Below, in pieces: positions 38,989 to 49,913 of a DNA stretch of 64,000 nt (its first letter is position 1; every line of letters begins with the position of its first letter). Position numbers and translations under genes: made by a program. This stretch comes from an uncultured delta proteobacterium. GTDB taxonomy: Bacteria; Desulfobacterota; Desulfobacteria; Desulfobacterales; JAFDCJ01. The DNA lies in the NCBI GenBank assembly GCA_963769935.1, contig CAVYNY010000020.1, positions 32,001-96,000 on the forward strand, in the 5' to 3' direction. The notes beneath the pieces were generated by a model. The model did no database searches and was not told the origin of the DNA. It saw nothing but the letters and a program-made list of their open reading frames with translations.

Positions 38989-40179
38989 ATGTTTATCGAT
39001 TATTTTTATAAATTAAAGAACGTCGGAATACCGGTCAGCCCTACCGCTTTTCTGACCCTTCAGCGGGCGCTCAGCAGTGGTCTGGTCGCTACGCTGGATG
39101 ATTTTTATACGGTTTCGCGGGCGATTCTTGTTAAAAGCGAGCGCTATTTTGATCTGTTCGACCAGGTTTTTGCGCATTATTTCCGGGGCGCTGAATTGCC
39201 CGATTCGGAGGGCATCGAACTCGATGAACTGGCGCGAACCATGCTGGCAGCCTGGCTGCAAAATCCTGAGGAACTTTCCAAACTGCTGGGCGTGGACGAG
39301 TCGGCTCTGGCCAAGCTTACCCCCGAGGAATTGATCGAATATTTTAAAGAGCGTCTGAAGGAGCAGACCGAGGCGCATCACGGCGGCGGGAAATGGATCG
39401 GCACGCGGGGATACTCCCCGGTAGGTCATTCCGGCTACCACCCCGGAGGGATGCGGGTGAGCGGTGTTTCCAGAAATAAATCAGCCGTAAAAGTGGCCAT
39501 GGACAGGCGCTACAAAGACTATTCGCTCAGCGGACCGCTTACCCATGCCCTGGTGGGAGAGGCCTTGAAAAGGCTGCGGAATATGATCCCCGTGGGTCCC
39601 AAAGACCAGGTAAATATTGATAAAACAATTTACCAGACGATGAAAAATGCCGGGGAGATCGAGATTATCTTTGACAGGCGGCTAAAGGATCGCTTGAAAA
39701 TAATGCTTGCCATTGACAACGGCGGCTGGTCCATGGATCCGTATATCCCGGTCGTCCAGACCATTTTTGATTATGCCAAGGCCCAATTCAAGGATATAAA
39801 AACCTATTTTTTTCACAATACGATTTATTCCAACCTGTGGGAAGATACGGCGCGGTATAAAAAACCGCAGCGGATCGAAGAGTTTGCCCGTCTCGACCCC
39901 CAGACCCGGTTGATCATTGTCGGAGACGCCAGCATGGCCCCGTACGAGCTGATGGCCAGCGACGGTTCCATCCACATTGAAGAGCGCAGCGGCCTGCCAA
40001 GTATTGAATGTCTGAATCTTCTTGCCAAAACTTTCCCCCACTCGGTCTGGTTGAATCCCGTGCCTGCCGGCATGTGGCATTACACCCGCACGATCAGCGC
40101 CATCCGTGAAATTTTTCCCATGTTTGAGTTGACCATTGACGGACTGGAGCAGGCGGTGATGCAGCTTATGATGAAATAG
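38989..40179 (+). CDS. VWA-domain (CoxE-like) MoxR partner
   Basis: DNGGWSM MIDAS-like motif, FFHN, VGDASMAPYE, WLNP. Confidence 0.88.
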   Translation: MFIDYFYKLKNVGIPVSPTAFLTLQRALSSGLVATLDDFYTVSRAILVKSERYFDLFDQVFAHYFRGAELPDSEGIELDELARTMLAAWLQNPEELSKLLGVDESALAKLTPEELIEYFKERLKEQTEAHHGGGKWIGTRGYSPVGHSGYHPGGMRVSGVSRNKSAVKVAMDRRYKDYSLSGPLTHALVGEALKRLRNMIPVGPKDQVNIDKTIYQTMKNAGEIEIIFDRRLKDRLKIMLAIDNGGWSMDPYIPVVQTIFDYAKAQFKDIKTYFFHNTIYSNLWEDTARYKKPQRIEEFARLDPQTRLIIVGDASMAPYELMASDGSIHIEERSGLPSIECLNLLAKTFPHSVWLNPVPAGMWHYTRTISAIREIFPMFELTIDGLEQAVMQLMMK

Positions 40180-40392
40180 GATAGAAGCTTGAATGCCGGA
40201 AGGTCGGGAAGGTTTATTATAGCATTGAAAACCTTGTTCTCTGGGTCAGGTCAGAGAAGATTGGCTTTGCCGTGAATGAATGTCTTGGAGTATTGGCCCG
40301 CCCTGGCGCGACGTACTGAGAATTTAAAGCATGGTTTTACCGTTCTTTACTTGCCTTCCAATACTGTCAACCCCGGTGTAGGTCAGGACAAT

Positions 40393-41175
40393 TCAACCAT
40401 TCAATCCATACAATTGACATGTATTCTGCCAGACAATTTGAGCCAGTTCAGCCGGGTCCTCTTTTCGCACTTCAGCCAACTTCATAAGGACCGATTTTAC
40501 AAAGGCGGGTTCATTGCGTCGGTTGTGTTTTTTTTCCGCTGCCGGAACCAGATACGGTGCATCGGTTTCCACCAGCAGACGGTCGGCCGGTATGGTGGGG
40601 ACGAGTTGGCGCAGTTGAGCCCCGCGGCTTTCCATGGTTAAAATACCGGTAATGCCGATGTGAAGCCCCAAAGCAAGGTATTGATCGAGTTCGTCCAGAT
40701 CGCCGCTGAAACAGTGGACAACCCCGTTTATTTCAGCAAGCCCCTGACCTTTAAGGATTTCAAGAAAGCGGCCGTTGCTGTCCCGCTCGTGAAATATCAT
40801 CGGCATTCCCAATCCGCCGGCAATTTCGAGTTGTCTTTCAAACCATTTTTCCTGATCCTTCCTGGGTGAGTGCATGCGGTTGAAATCCAGGCCGATTTCC
40901 CCCCAGGCGCGAACCTGTTCGGTTTTGGCGAGACCGGTAAGATAGCGGAGTACGGGTTCGCTGCAATTTTTTACATCGTGCGGATGGACCCCTACCGAGG
41001 CATAGACGCCTTTGAGGGATTGGGCCAGTGAAACCGCCTTACCGGAGGTTCTCGCGTCAACGCCGACGGTCATCATGCGCATAACCCCGGCCTCGTGTGC
41101 ACGATCCAAAACAGCGTTGAAATCTTTAGCATAGGATTTGTCATCAAGATGACAGTGACTGTCGAAAATTTTCAT
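40393..41175 (-). CDS. tatD: TatD family nuclease
   Basis: DSHCH, GVHPH, GEIGLD, VHCF, ETDAPY. Confidence 0.95.
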   Translation of the reverse strand: MKIFDSHCHLDDKSYAKDFNAVLDRAHEAGVMRMMTVGVDARTSGKAVSLAQSLKGVYASVGVHPHDVKNCSEPVLRYLTGLAKTEQVRAWGEIGLDFNRMHSPRKDQEKWFERQLEIAGGLGMPMIFHERDSNGRFLEILKGQGLAEINGVVHCFSGDLDELDQYLALGLHIGITGILTMESRGAQLRQLVPTIPADRLLVETDAPYLVPAAEKKHNRRNEPAFVKSVLMKLAEVRKEDPAELAQIVWQNTCQLYGLNG

Positions 41176-41220
41176 AATAATTAATCCGCCTGCGCTTCGG
41201 TCTAACTCCTTTTTAGGCCC

Positions 41221-41350
41221 TTAGTTGTGGTTTCTTTGCGTTTTATGGAAAAATATTTTTATCACGAAAACACGGAACCTTGAAAGTACGAAATTTATCT
41301 TGTCCGCTTTTCGTGGTTTCGTCCTTTCGTGCTTTCGTGATTAATTTGTC
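41221..41350. repeat. Family C element, copy 2 (inverted)
   Basis: Reverse complement aligns to 21770-21908. Confidence 0.8.
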
Positions 41351-41551
41351 CTTTTTGCTTCCGGCTTGTCCGGGTTAGGTTTTCAAAGAGCAAATTTCAA
41401 CCAGAATATGGTATATTTCGGAGCGGATTAATTATCCTTGATTTAATTCATGGCTTTTGAGAATATGCTCTTTTCAAATGGCTGATACCACGGCCCTCAC
41501 TCATCGGACGGTCGGCTGCAAAAATATCGAAATAAACGCTGGAGGTCTATA

Positions 41552-42382
41552 ATGTTTAAAGTTGTCAAACGCGAAGAGATGTCCGCGGGCAACGTCATTC
41601 TCAATGAGATCGAAGCCCCAAAGATAGCCCGCAAGGCCAAACCCGGTCAGTTCGTCATTCTGAAAGTGGGCGAAGACGGCGAGCGTATTCCATTAACCAT
41701 GGCGGAGGCGGATGCGGAAAAGGGTACCATAACGGTAATTTATATGGTCGTCGGCAAATCCACCGCCCTGTTTAAAACCCTGCAGGTGGGTGACAGCTTC
41801 CAGGATGTCATCGGGCCGCTGGGCAAACCCACCCACATTGAGAAGCTCGGAAAGATTGTGTGCGTGGGCGGCGGTACGGGAATTGCTGTTTTACATCCCA
41901 TTACGCGGGCCATGAAAGAAATCGGCAACCACGTTATCAGTATTATCGGTGCGCGCAGCAAGGATTTGCTGATATTGGAAGACAAAATGAGGGCCGCCTC
42001 AAATGACCTGCGGGTTTGCACAGACGACGGCTCCTACGGGCACCACGGATTTGTCACCGAGGTGCTGAAAGACATCCTCGAAAACGAGAAAATCGATCAG
42101 GTTGTAGCCATCGGACCGGTGCCGATGATGAAATTTGTGTCCTTAATCACTAAAGAATATAATGTACCGACCCTGGTCAGTTTGAATCCTATCATGGTAG
42201 ATGGCACCGGTATGTGCGGCGGGTGTCGCGTCACTGTGGGGGGCAAAACCAAATTTGCCTGCGTGGACGGTCCTGAATTTGACGGGCACCAGATCGATTA
42301 TGATGAGTTGATGCGCAGGCTCCAGGCCTACTGCGAGGATGAGAAAAAGTGTTATAATGAATTTTGCATTTTGGAGCGCTAG
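41552..42382 (+). CDS. nfnA: Electron-bifurcating transhydrogenase small subunit
   Basis: GERIPLT, GPLG, GGGTG, DGTGMCGGC, CVDGPEF; paired with a GltD-like gene. Confidence 0.88.
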   Translation: MFKVVKREEMSAGNVILNEIEAPKIARKAKPGQFVILKVGEDGERIPLTMAEADAEKGTITVIYMVVGKSTALFKTLQVGDSFQDVIGPLGKPTHIEKLGKIVCVGGGTGIAVLHPITRAMKEIGNHVISIIGARSKDLLILEDKMRAASNDLRVCTDDGSYGHHGFVTEVLKDILENEKIDQVVAIGPVPMMKFVSLITKEYNVPTLVSLNPIMVDGTGMCGGCRVTVGGKTKFACVDGPEFDGHQIDYDELMRRLQAYCEDEKKCYNEFCILER

Positions 42383-42387
42383 CTGAA

Positions 42388-42436
42388 ATTGAATATTGAA
42401 GATTGCATATTGAATATTCAATCGAAAATATTCAAT
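42388..42436. repeat. Family D element with no spacer, between nfnA and nfnB
   Basis: attgaat attgaag attgcat attgaat at TCAATCGAAAATATTCAAT. Confidence 0.8.
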
Positions 42437-42531
42437 GGTGGCAGGAAAGTGAAAATATTCCAATGCATTTTACTTGCCATCCAATGCCCAAAATTAACAA
42501 CTAAGAATCAATGTCCCGGGAGAATGAATTA

Positions 42532-43953
42532 ATGACCGAAGAAGACACGAAAAAAACTAAAAAGGAAAAAATTGCCCGAGTTGCGATGCCCGAACAGGAA
42601 CCTGCCGTCAGGGCCCGCAATTTTTTGGAAGTTCCGACGGGTTATACACCGGAAATGGCCAGGCGCGAGGCAGCCAGATGCCTGCAGTGTAAAAAGCCGG
42701 GATGTGCGGAAGGCTGTCCGGTGGGGATCGACATTCCGGGTTTTATCAAACTCATTGCTGAAGGGGAGTTCACCGGGGCCATCCGGCATATCTGGCAGCA
42801 AAACAGTCTTCCGGCTGTTTGCGGGCGGGTTTGTCCCCAGGAAATTCAATGTGAAGGACGCTGCATTGTCGGCAAGAAGGACGATCCGGTTGCCATCGGC
42901 AATCTGGAGCGGTTTGCGGCGGACTGGGAAAGAGCGAACGGCACCGGCGCCCTGCCGCCGAAAGCAGCGCCGACCGGCAAAAGGGTTGCAGTGGTGGGTT
43001 CGGGACCGTCCAGTCTGACCGTTGCCGGCGATTTGATCGTTAAAGGCCATGATGTCTCCGTGTTGGAAGCGTTCCATAAACCCGGCGGTGTGCTGGTATA
43101 CGGAATTCCTGAATTCAGACTGCCCAAAGCCATCGTGGCCCAGGAAGTGAACTTTCTGGAGAGATTGGGTGTAAAGGTGGAGTGCAATGCCGTGGTGGGT
43201 CGCACGGTATCTTTGGATGAGCTTTTCGAAGAAGGCTATGATGCCGTTTACATAGGGGTCGGTGCCGGGTTGCCGCGGTTTATGAATATTCCGGGTGAAA
43301 ATTTAATCGGCATTCTTTCCGCCAACGAGTATCTGACCCGGGCCAATCTGATGAAGGCCTATCTTTTCCCGAAGGTCGATACCCCGATCCCGCGTGCCAA
43401 AAACGTAATCGTGCTGGGTGCCGGAAACGTGGCCATGGATTCGGCCCGGACCGCCATGCGTCTGGGAGCGGAAACAGTACGGATCGTCTACCGCCGTTCC
43501 AGACAGGAAATGCCGGCCAGAACCGCCGAGATCCATCATGCCGAACAAGAAGGAATTGAATTTTTCCTTTTGACCAATCCCACCCGCTACATCGGCAATG
43601 ACAAAGGAAGGTTGACCGGTATGGAATGTCTGAAGATGGAATTGGGTGAGCCCGATCAGTCCGGCCGGCGCCGGCCGGTTCCGATCAAAGGTTCGGAATT
43701 TGAACTGGATTGCGATTTGTGCGTGGTTGCCGTCGGATCGGGAGCAAATCCCCTTCTGACCGCCTCGACACCGGATCTGAAGGTGAACAAATGGGGATAT
43801 ATCGAAGCGGACGAGGCCACCGGCAAAACCTTCAAAAAGGGCGTCTGGGCCGGCGGGGATATTGTGACCGGTGCGGCCACCGTTATTCTGGCCATGGGTG
43901 CCGGCCGCAAGGCGGCGGATTCGATCCATGAGTATTTGATGCGGGGATGGTAA
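42532..43953 (+). CDS. nfnB: Electron-bifurcating transhydrogenase large subunit
   Basis: EAARCLQC..PGC..GCP, CGRVCPQE, GAGNVAMD, GAATVILAMG. Confidence 0.88.
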   Translation: MTEEDTKKTKKEKIARVAMPEQEPAVRARNFLEVPTGYTPEMARREAARCLQCKKPGCAEGCPVGIDIPGFIKLIAEGEFTGAIRHIWQQNSLPAVCGRVCPQEIQCEGRCIVGKKDDPVAIGNLERFAADWERANGTGALPPKAAPTGKRVAVVGSGPSSLTVAGDLIVKGHDVSVLEAFHKPGGVLVYGIPEFRLPKAIVAQEVNFLERLGVKVECNAVVGRTVSLDELFEEGYDAVYIGVGAGLPRFMNIPGENLIGILSANEYLTRANLMKAYLFPKVDTPIPRAKNVIVLGAGNVAMDSARTAMRLGAETVRIVYRRSRQEMPARTAEIHHAEQEGIEFFLLTNPTRYIGNDKGRLTGMECLKMELGEPDQSGRRRPVPIKGSEFELDCDLCVVAVGSGANPLLTASTPDLKVNKWGYIEADEATGKTFKKGVWAGGDIVTGAATVILAMGAGRKAADSIHEYLMRGW

Positions 43954-44250
43954 AAAATCACACAACAGCAGACAGATGTGATGGAACAAACAACCCAATA
44001 AAGGTTGCAGGATTAAAATGCCGGGCCGATAAAACGTTATCGACCCGGCGAAGCTTCTAGAATTGAAAACCTGGTCCTCTGGGCCAGGATTCTCTTTACT
44101 ATTTTACTGGTGATCCCGCTTAATTCCCTTCTGCCCTGTTAATTAAAAGGAATCCTATATTTGTGTGGCCCAGCGGTCGGCGTGCAGATTTCGCAGCGAC
44201 CCAAATTCTGAAAATGCAATATACGGACTATTTTAGAGTAGGAGTTAATT

Positions 44251-44517
44251 ATGGCTGGTGGTTGGACCCGTGATGGTGGTGTGCAGGATCAAATCGAGGC
44301 CAGTGTGGAAGACGCAGTAAAGCTGGCTAGAAGTCGGTTGCCTGCTGGTGAAGGTTCAACTCATTGTGAGGAATGCGAGACTGTTATTCCAGACGCTCGT
44401 CGCAAAGCAATCCCCGGAGTTCGTTTATGCGTCAGCTGCCAGGCAGAACTGGAAAAACGGCAAACAACTCCCACTGGCTTCAATCGGCGCGGCAGCAAAG
44501 ATAGTCAGTTGCGGTGA
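44251..44517 (+). CDS. DksA/TraR C4 zinc-finger protein (YbiI-like)
   Basis: MAGGW...VQDQI, CEEC..IP..RR.A.PGVRLC..CQ, NRRGSKDSQLR. Confidence 0.9.
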   Translation: MAGGWTRDGGVQDQIEASVEDAVKLARSRLPAGEGSTHCEECETVIPDARRKAIPGVRLCVSCQAELEKRQTTPTGFNRRGSKDSQLR

Positions 44518-44604
44518 GCAGTTGTTTTTGATTCAGTGATTTTATCTAAACCCGGATTTTTTGCCACTAAGGGCTCTAATTCGTAACTACGGTCAGGTGT
44601 AGTT

Positions 44605-45195
44605 TTAGTTTATTCCTGTGCGCGCTGCCCTCTGCGCTTTGTCCTCTGCCTCAAACATTTCCACCCACTTTTGAAATCGCTCCACTTTATCCTGTCCGTA
44701 AGGTTGAAGGCTTTCTGCAATCTGTTCGATGGATTTTGTACCGTTTTTCATTTGATCTTTGCCGTTTTTGGAGAAAAATTTGTCGGCATAACAAATGATC
44801 TGCTCTTCAATGGAAACGGGCAGCATGTCCCGCTCAGGCAGCGGCAAATTGAAGTGTTTGATGTCATCGAGGCTGATGCCCACTCCTACGTGGCGCTCGC
44901 ATACAAGTCCGTATTCCGGCAACCCGATGCCATCCAATAATTCTTTTCCCAGAAAGCCGTGGCAGATATACGGATATTTTCCATGGCAGCCAAAACCCGG
45001 ACTTTCCGTACACAAAATCCCAATGTCATGCAGCATCGCGGCATTTTCTATAAAATTCAAATCCGGCTGCAGCTGGACGACCTTCTCGGCTGCACACAGA
45101 GCCTTTTGGGCTACCTGCCGGCCATGGGCCACCAGGATCTCGAATGCTTTCGAGCGCCGATCGTAGAATTTTTCAAGAATATCAAGAGGGTTCAT
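44605..45195 (-). CDS. HD-domain phosphohydrolase
   Basis: H...LHDIG, CHG, ERH, YADKF. Confidence 0.9.
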   Translation of the reverse strand: MNPLDILEKFYDRRSKAFEILVAHGRQVAQKALCAAEKVVQLQPDLNFIENAAMLHDIGILCTESPGFGCHGKYPYICHGFLGKELLDGIGLPEYGLVCERHVGVGISLDDIKHFNLPLPERDMLPVSIEEQIICYADKFFSKNGKDQMKNGTKSIEQIAESLQPYGQDKVERFQKWVEMFEAEDKAQRAARTGIN

Positions 45196-45221
45196 AAATA
45201 TTTTTCTTCGAAAAATATATA

Positions 45222-46329
45222 CTATTTTCTAACCTGCTTCTTTGCCAGCAGCACCCCTTCAATAAACGGATCGATGCCGCCATCCAGCACGTCGTTAACA
45301 TTGCCCACATCCAGGTTAATGCGGTGATCCTTTACCATCTGGTAGGGATGCAGGACGTATGAGCGGATCTGGCTGCCCCAGGCAATATCCTCCTTGCTGT
45401 CGTGGAGCTGCTGCATCTTTTCATCCTGTTTTTCCCGTTCGCGCTGGTATAGGCGGGCTCTGAGAACTTTCATAGCCAGATCCTTGTTGCGATGTTGAGA
45501 TTTTTCCTGCTGGCATTGCACCACAATTCCGGTCGGCAGATGGGTGATGCGCACCGCACTGCTGGTTTTGTTGACATGCTGTCCCCCCGCACCGCTGGCC
45601 CTGAAAACATCAATACGCAGATCTTTTTCATCTATGTCGACAACGATTTCGTTGTCCAGTTCAGGGTAGACAAAGACCGATGCAAAGGACGTATGCCGCT
45701 TACCGCTGGCGTTAAAAGGGGATATCCTTACCAGACGGTGGACGCCGATTTCCGATTTAAGATAGCCGAATGCATTTTCACCTGCGGCCGTAAATGTAGC
45801 GCTTTTGATCCCTGCTTCATCGCCCGGCTGAAAATCGATTAATTCAAATTTGAATCCCCTGCGCTCGATCCAACGCGCATACATTCTGAAAAGCATTTCA
45901 GCCCAATCCTGGGCTTCCGTGCCGCCGGCGCCGGCATTGATCGATACAATGGCATTTTTGGAATCATCTTCTCCGTCCAACATCAGATCGAGAGACAGCT
46001 GATCGATCAGCTCGTCAAGTGCATTTGCCTGTTGGGAGACTTCGTCAAGGGTGCCGGCATCGGATTCCTCCAGGGCCAGATCCAGCAGAATCCGGCTTTC
46101 CTCCAGGTCGTTCCACAGTTTCTTAAAGCGGTTGATTTTATGGGAAATTAAGCTTCTTTCTTGGAGAATCGATTTGGAATCTTCAGGATTGTCCCAGAAG
46201 CCGTTCCTGGCAATTGTGGCTTCAATTTCAGCCAGGCGTTTTTCCAGGCCATCTAAGTCAAAGATAGCTCCGCAGGTGTTCTAATTTTAATTTAAGCTCA
46301 TTTAAATTTTGCTTTAATTCTATCGACAT
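45222..46329 (-). CDS. prfB: Peptide chain release factor 2, +1 programmed frameshift, about 368 aa
   Basis: ATG 46329; CTT-TGA-C at 46263-46257 with upstream GGAG; SPF and GGQ motifs. Confidence 0.97.
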
Positions 46330-46346
46330 TTTAAATTCCCCCTTTT

Positions 46347-46432
46347 ATTGATTGAATATTTACGATTGAAGATTGAATATAATAGGATAGAATACCCTGA
46401 ATATTCAATAGACATTCTTCAATATTCAATTT
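46347..46432. repeat. Family D element (inverted) between lnt and prfB
   Basis: attgaatatttacgattgaagattgaatat is the reverse complement of the family D end motif. Confidence 0.8.
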
Positions 46433-46437
46433 TTGGT

Positions 46438-48002
46438 TCAACTCTTTCTTTTATTGGTTTTCCATCTTACAATTTCAATCAGCATGATCAATACCGCGAG
46501 CGCCAGGCAAACCTTGGCGAACAGGTCGCCGATGCGGGTATAGACGGATAGTTCTTTCATCAGCGGGACCGTTTTTATGGCCGCGGCTTCCTGCAGCAAT
46601 TCTGTGGATGCCAATACTCGGCCGACCGGGTCGATAAATCCGCTGATGCCGGTATTGGCCGACCTTACCAGGGCACGCCGGTTTTCCACCGCCCGGAAGA
46701 CGGTCATGGAAAAATGCTGATAGGGACCGCTGGTTTTGCCGAACCAGGCATCGTTGGTTATATTGATCAGTAAAGTTGCGCCGTTTCGGACCATGGCCCG
46801 GGAAAGCCAGGGGAATATGATTTCATAGCAAATTTGAATGCCTAGCTGCTGATCCCGCCAGGCTAACGTCCGGCCTTTCTTGCCCTCTCGGAAATCGCCG
46901 ACCTGTGCGACAATTTTTCCCAAAAATGGCAGCCATTTTTTAAACGGTACGTATTCGCCGAAAGGTACCAGATGGGTCTTGTCATATTTGACCATCGTTT
47001 TTGCTGTAGGGCTTATTAAGTAGGCGCTGTTGTAATATTCCACGCTGTTGGCGGTACGCACAAAAGAAGGACTGCCGATCAAATAGTCCGTCTTCGTCTG
47101 CTCAATGCCCTTAAACACCAGTTCGGTAGGCTTAATATCGTATAAAAAGTAAAATGGTGTCGCGGATTCCGGCCAGACAATAAGATCGGGCTTTTGTTGG
47201 CTGAGCGATGCAGACAGGCGATTGTATTTTTTAACAGTTGCAATTTGAAAGGCGGGATCCCACTTTACCAGCTGATCGACATTGCCCTGTATAACGGCGA
47301 TGCGGGCTTTGGGAGCCGCTGCAATCCAAGCATCGATATCTTGCATACGCCAGTGGCCGTATGACAAGGTTAAAGCAATGCCTACGAACACGGCAATGAT
47401 TGAAGCTGCTGCCAGCCGTTTTGATATCGCTGTGTTTTGCCATCTCCTTGCGGTGAAATATAGCAAGGCGATAAAAATGGCGCCATTGATCCCGGAAATT
47501 AAAGCCGAAAGGCCGTACACGCCGAATATATCCGAAATCTGTATGAGTTGTAAACGGTTATACTGGGAATAGCCCAATAATTCCCATGGAAATCCGGAAA
47601 ATAATAGAGAACGGATAAATTCCAACGAGACCCACAGCAGGGGTATCAATGGCAGGCACCGGGCAGGGTTTTGGCCAAGGACGGTTAAAGCTGCGGCAAA
47701 TACTGCGATAAAGAGCGCCAGAAATGCCGCAAGGACAAATAAAACCGATACACTTAAATAGGCCGGCAAATACCCGTAGGTCCGCATGACGGGAACCAGC
47801 CAATAAAGCAGCGAAAGAAAATGCACCAGCCCGGTGATGAAACCCGACGCGAAAGCCGCGGCCGGCGGGAAAGATCTTTGAGCGCATATAGAAGGGGGAC
47901 CAGTGCGACCCAGGCCAGCCAGTCCCATCCAATTTTGGGAAATGCGCAGGTCAGCAGCACGCCGCTTGCAATCGCCAACACAATATTTTTCTTTTCAGTC
48001 AT
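46438..48002 (-). CDS. lnt: Apolipoprotein N-acyltransferase, apparent indel near 47870
   Basis: GFPW..LGYSQ, WPE, KTHLVPFGEY, ICYE, TNDAWFG; N-terminus in ORF 47754-48005. Confidence 0.92.
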
Positions 48003-48249
48003 CAACTTGGACTGGACCTCACAAAAAAACCCCGATCCGGCGGGGTCAACGCTAATTTAATATGAGATTGCATTAAATGCAATAGGTTATATGAGAATTT
48101 ATGTTAAAGTTTGGATAACAAAGGGCGATAAAAACATGTGGCTTAGATTTCAAAATTAAACTAATATGTTATCAGTATGAAAGAACCGAATCCGGCATTT
48201 AAACGGCGAGTATCCAGCATCCAGTCGCCGGCAAAGGGAGATTGATCGC

Positions 48250-49830
48250 ATGCTCATAACATTTTACGGCGCAGTTCGGGAAGTAACCGGTTCCATGCAT
48301 CTTGTAACCACGCAGCACAACCGTATTCTGCTGGATTGCGGGATGTTTCAGGGACGACGCCGGGAGGCGGTTGAAAAAAACAGGGTCATGCCGATTGATC
48401 CGCGAATATTGACCAATGTGGTCCTGTCCCACGCCCACATCGACCATTCCGGCCGTCTGCCCTTATTGGTCAAGCAAAATTTTACCGGAAGAATTATTTG
48501 CACCCGGTCGACAGCGGCGGCCTGTGAATACCTGTTGCCGGATGCCGCCCACATCCAGGAGTCGGATGCCAATTACCTGAATTATAAAACCGTGCGTTCC
48601 GCCCTGTCGCAGATGAAATTTTCACCACATGCCAGGAAGCGCTCCAAAAAAGGGGCGGCCGACCTTAAAAAGATTTTGAAAAAAAACGGTCATGGTCTCA
48701 ATGTTGAAGCCATCAACGACCTGATCGCCGCCTACCGCCTGGAAAGCGTCAACGCGCTGTATACCGTTGACGATGCCCGGCAGGCCGTGACATGTTTTGA
48801 CGGCTATCCCTACCGGCATCCGATTACCGTCGGGCGCGAGATGACCTGCCGGTTGTATGATGCCGGACATATACTGGGCTCGGCTTTCACCATGATCCGT
48901 GCCCGCGATAACGGCCGCAGTTTTACCATCTGCTATACCGGCGACATCGGAAGATTTGACAAACCGATTATAAAAGATCCGACCCTCGTCTTTGAGGAGG
49001 AGGACCGCGAGGTCGATTTGCTGATCATGGAGAGCACCTATGGAGACCGGGTTCATGAACCGGTGGCGGATCTGAAACCGCAGCTCAAACAGGTGCTGGT
49101 GGATACCTATGACCGGGGAGGAGCACTTCTCATACCTTCATTTGCCTTCGGCCGCACCCAGGAACTTCTGTACGTGCTGCACGAACTTTACAATGAGAAC
49201 GAGGTCCCCCGATTCCCGGTGTATGTTGACAGTCCGCTGGCTTCAAATATCACACGGGTTTTCGCGGAGCATCCCGAAGTCTATGACAAAGCCACTCATG
49301 AAACATTTCTCAAGCAGGGCGAAAACCCGTTTCAGTTCGATCAGGTTCGTTTTGTCGGATCGGTAGAGGAGTCCATGGCACTTAACCGGGATAAAACGCC
49401 CCATATTGTGGTGGCGGCATCGGGCATGTGTGAGGCCGGCCGTATTCTTCATCACCTGCGGCATAAAATCCATAATTCGAACAATACCATTCTGATCGTC
49501 GGTTATATGGCACAACACACGCTGGGACGTCGCATTCTCGAGCAGGGTCTTGCCTATCAGGCATCCGGCCGCCAAGGAAACCCCCCGCTGTTGAAATTCA
49601 TGAACAAAGAGTATCCGCTCAAGGCGCGGGTGATTCAGTTGGGCGGCTTCAGCGCGCATGCCGATAAGATTGAAATGCGCCGGTTCTTGAAGGAATCTAA
49701 TTTGAGAATCAAAAGGATCGCCCTGGTCCACGGTGAAGAAGACCAGACCCTTGCCTTTGCCGAAGACTTGAAGAGCAGCGGTTTTGAAGTCGCCGTGCCC
49801 AGACTGGGAGAGACAATAGAAGTTAATTAA
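48250..49830 (+). CDS. MBL-fold beta-CASP ribonuclease
   Basis: SHAHIDHSG, AGHILGS, MESTYG, SGM..AGR, FSAHAD, VHGE. Confidence 0.92.
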   Translation: MLITFYGAVREVTGSMHLVTTQHNRILLDCGMFQGRRREAVEKNRVMPIDPRILTNVVLSHAHIDHSGRLPLLVKQNFTGRIICTRSTAAACEYLLPDAAHIQESDANYLNYKTVRSALSQMKFSPHARKRSKKGAADLKKILKKNGHGLNVEAINDLIAAYRLESVNALYTVDDARQAVTCFDGYPYRHPITVGREMTCRLYDAGHILGSAFTMIRARDNGRSFTICYTGDIGRFDKPIIKDPTLVFEEEDREVDLLIMESTYGDRVHEPVADLKPQLKQVLVDTYDRGGALLIPSFAFGRTQELLYVLHELYNENEVPRFPVYVDSPLASNITRVFAEHPEVYDKATHETFLKQGENPFQFDQVRFVGSVEESMALNRDKTPHIVVAASGMCEAGRILHHLRHKIHNSNNTILIVGYMAQHTLGRRILEQGLAYQASGRQGNPPLLKFMNKEYPLKARVIQLGGFSAHADKIEMRRFLKESNLRIKRIALVHGEEDQTLAFAEDLKSSGFEVAVPRLGETIEVN

Positions 49831-49913
49831 TCCGCCGGGCCGTGGATTTAACAACTTTCTTCAGTTGTCAAAGCGCACATTAGAAACCTGAATGGTCAAT
49901 TTTTCAGGGTGGA

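Noticed and set aside
42532..43953. Glutamate synthase small subunit
   Set aside because: No gltB nearby; pairing with an NfnA-type gene indicates NfnAB.
28670..46432. ATTGAAA-like motifs as CRISPR repeats
   Set aside because: No regular repeat-spacer periodicity, copies are kilobases apart, and there are no cas genes.
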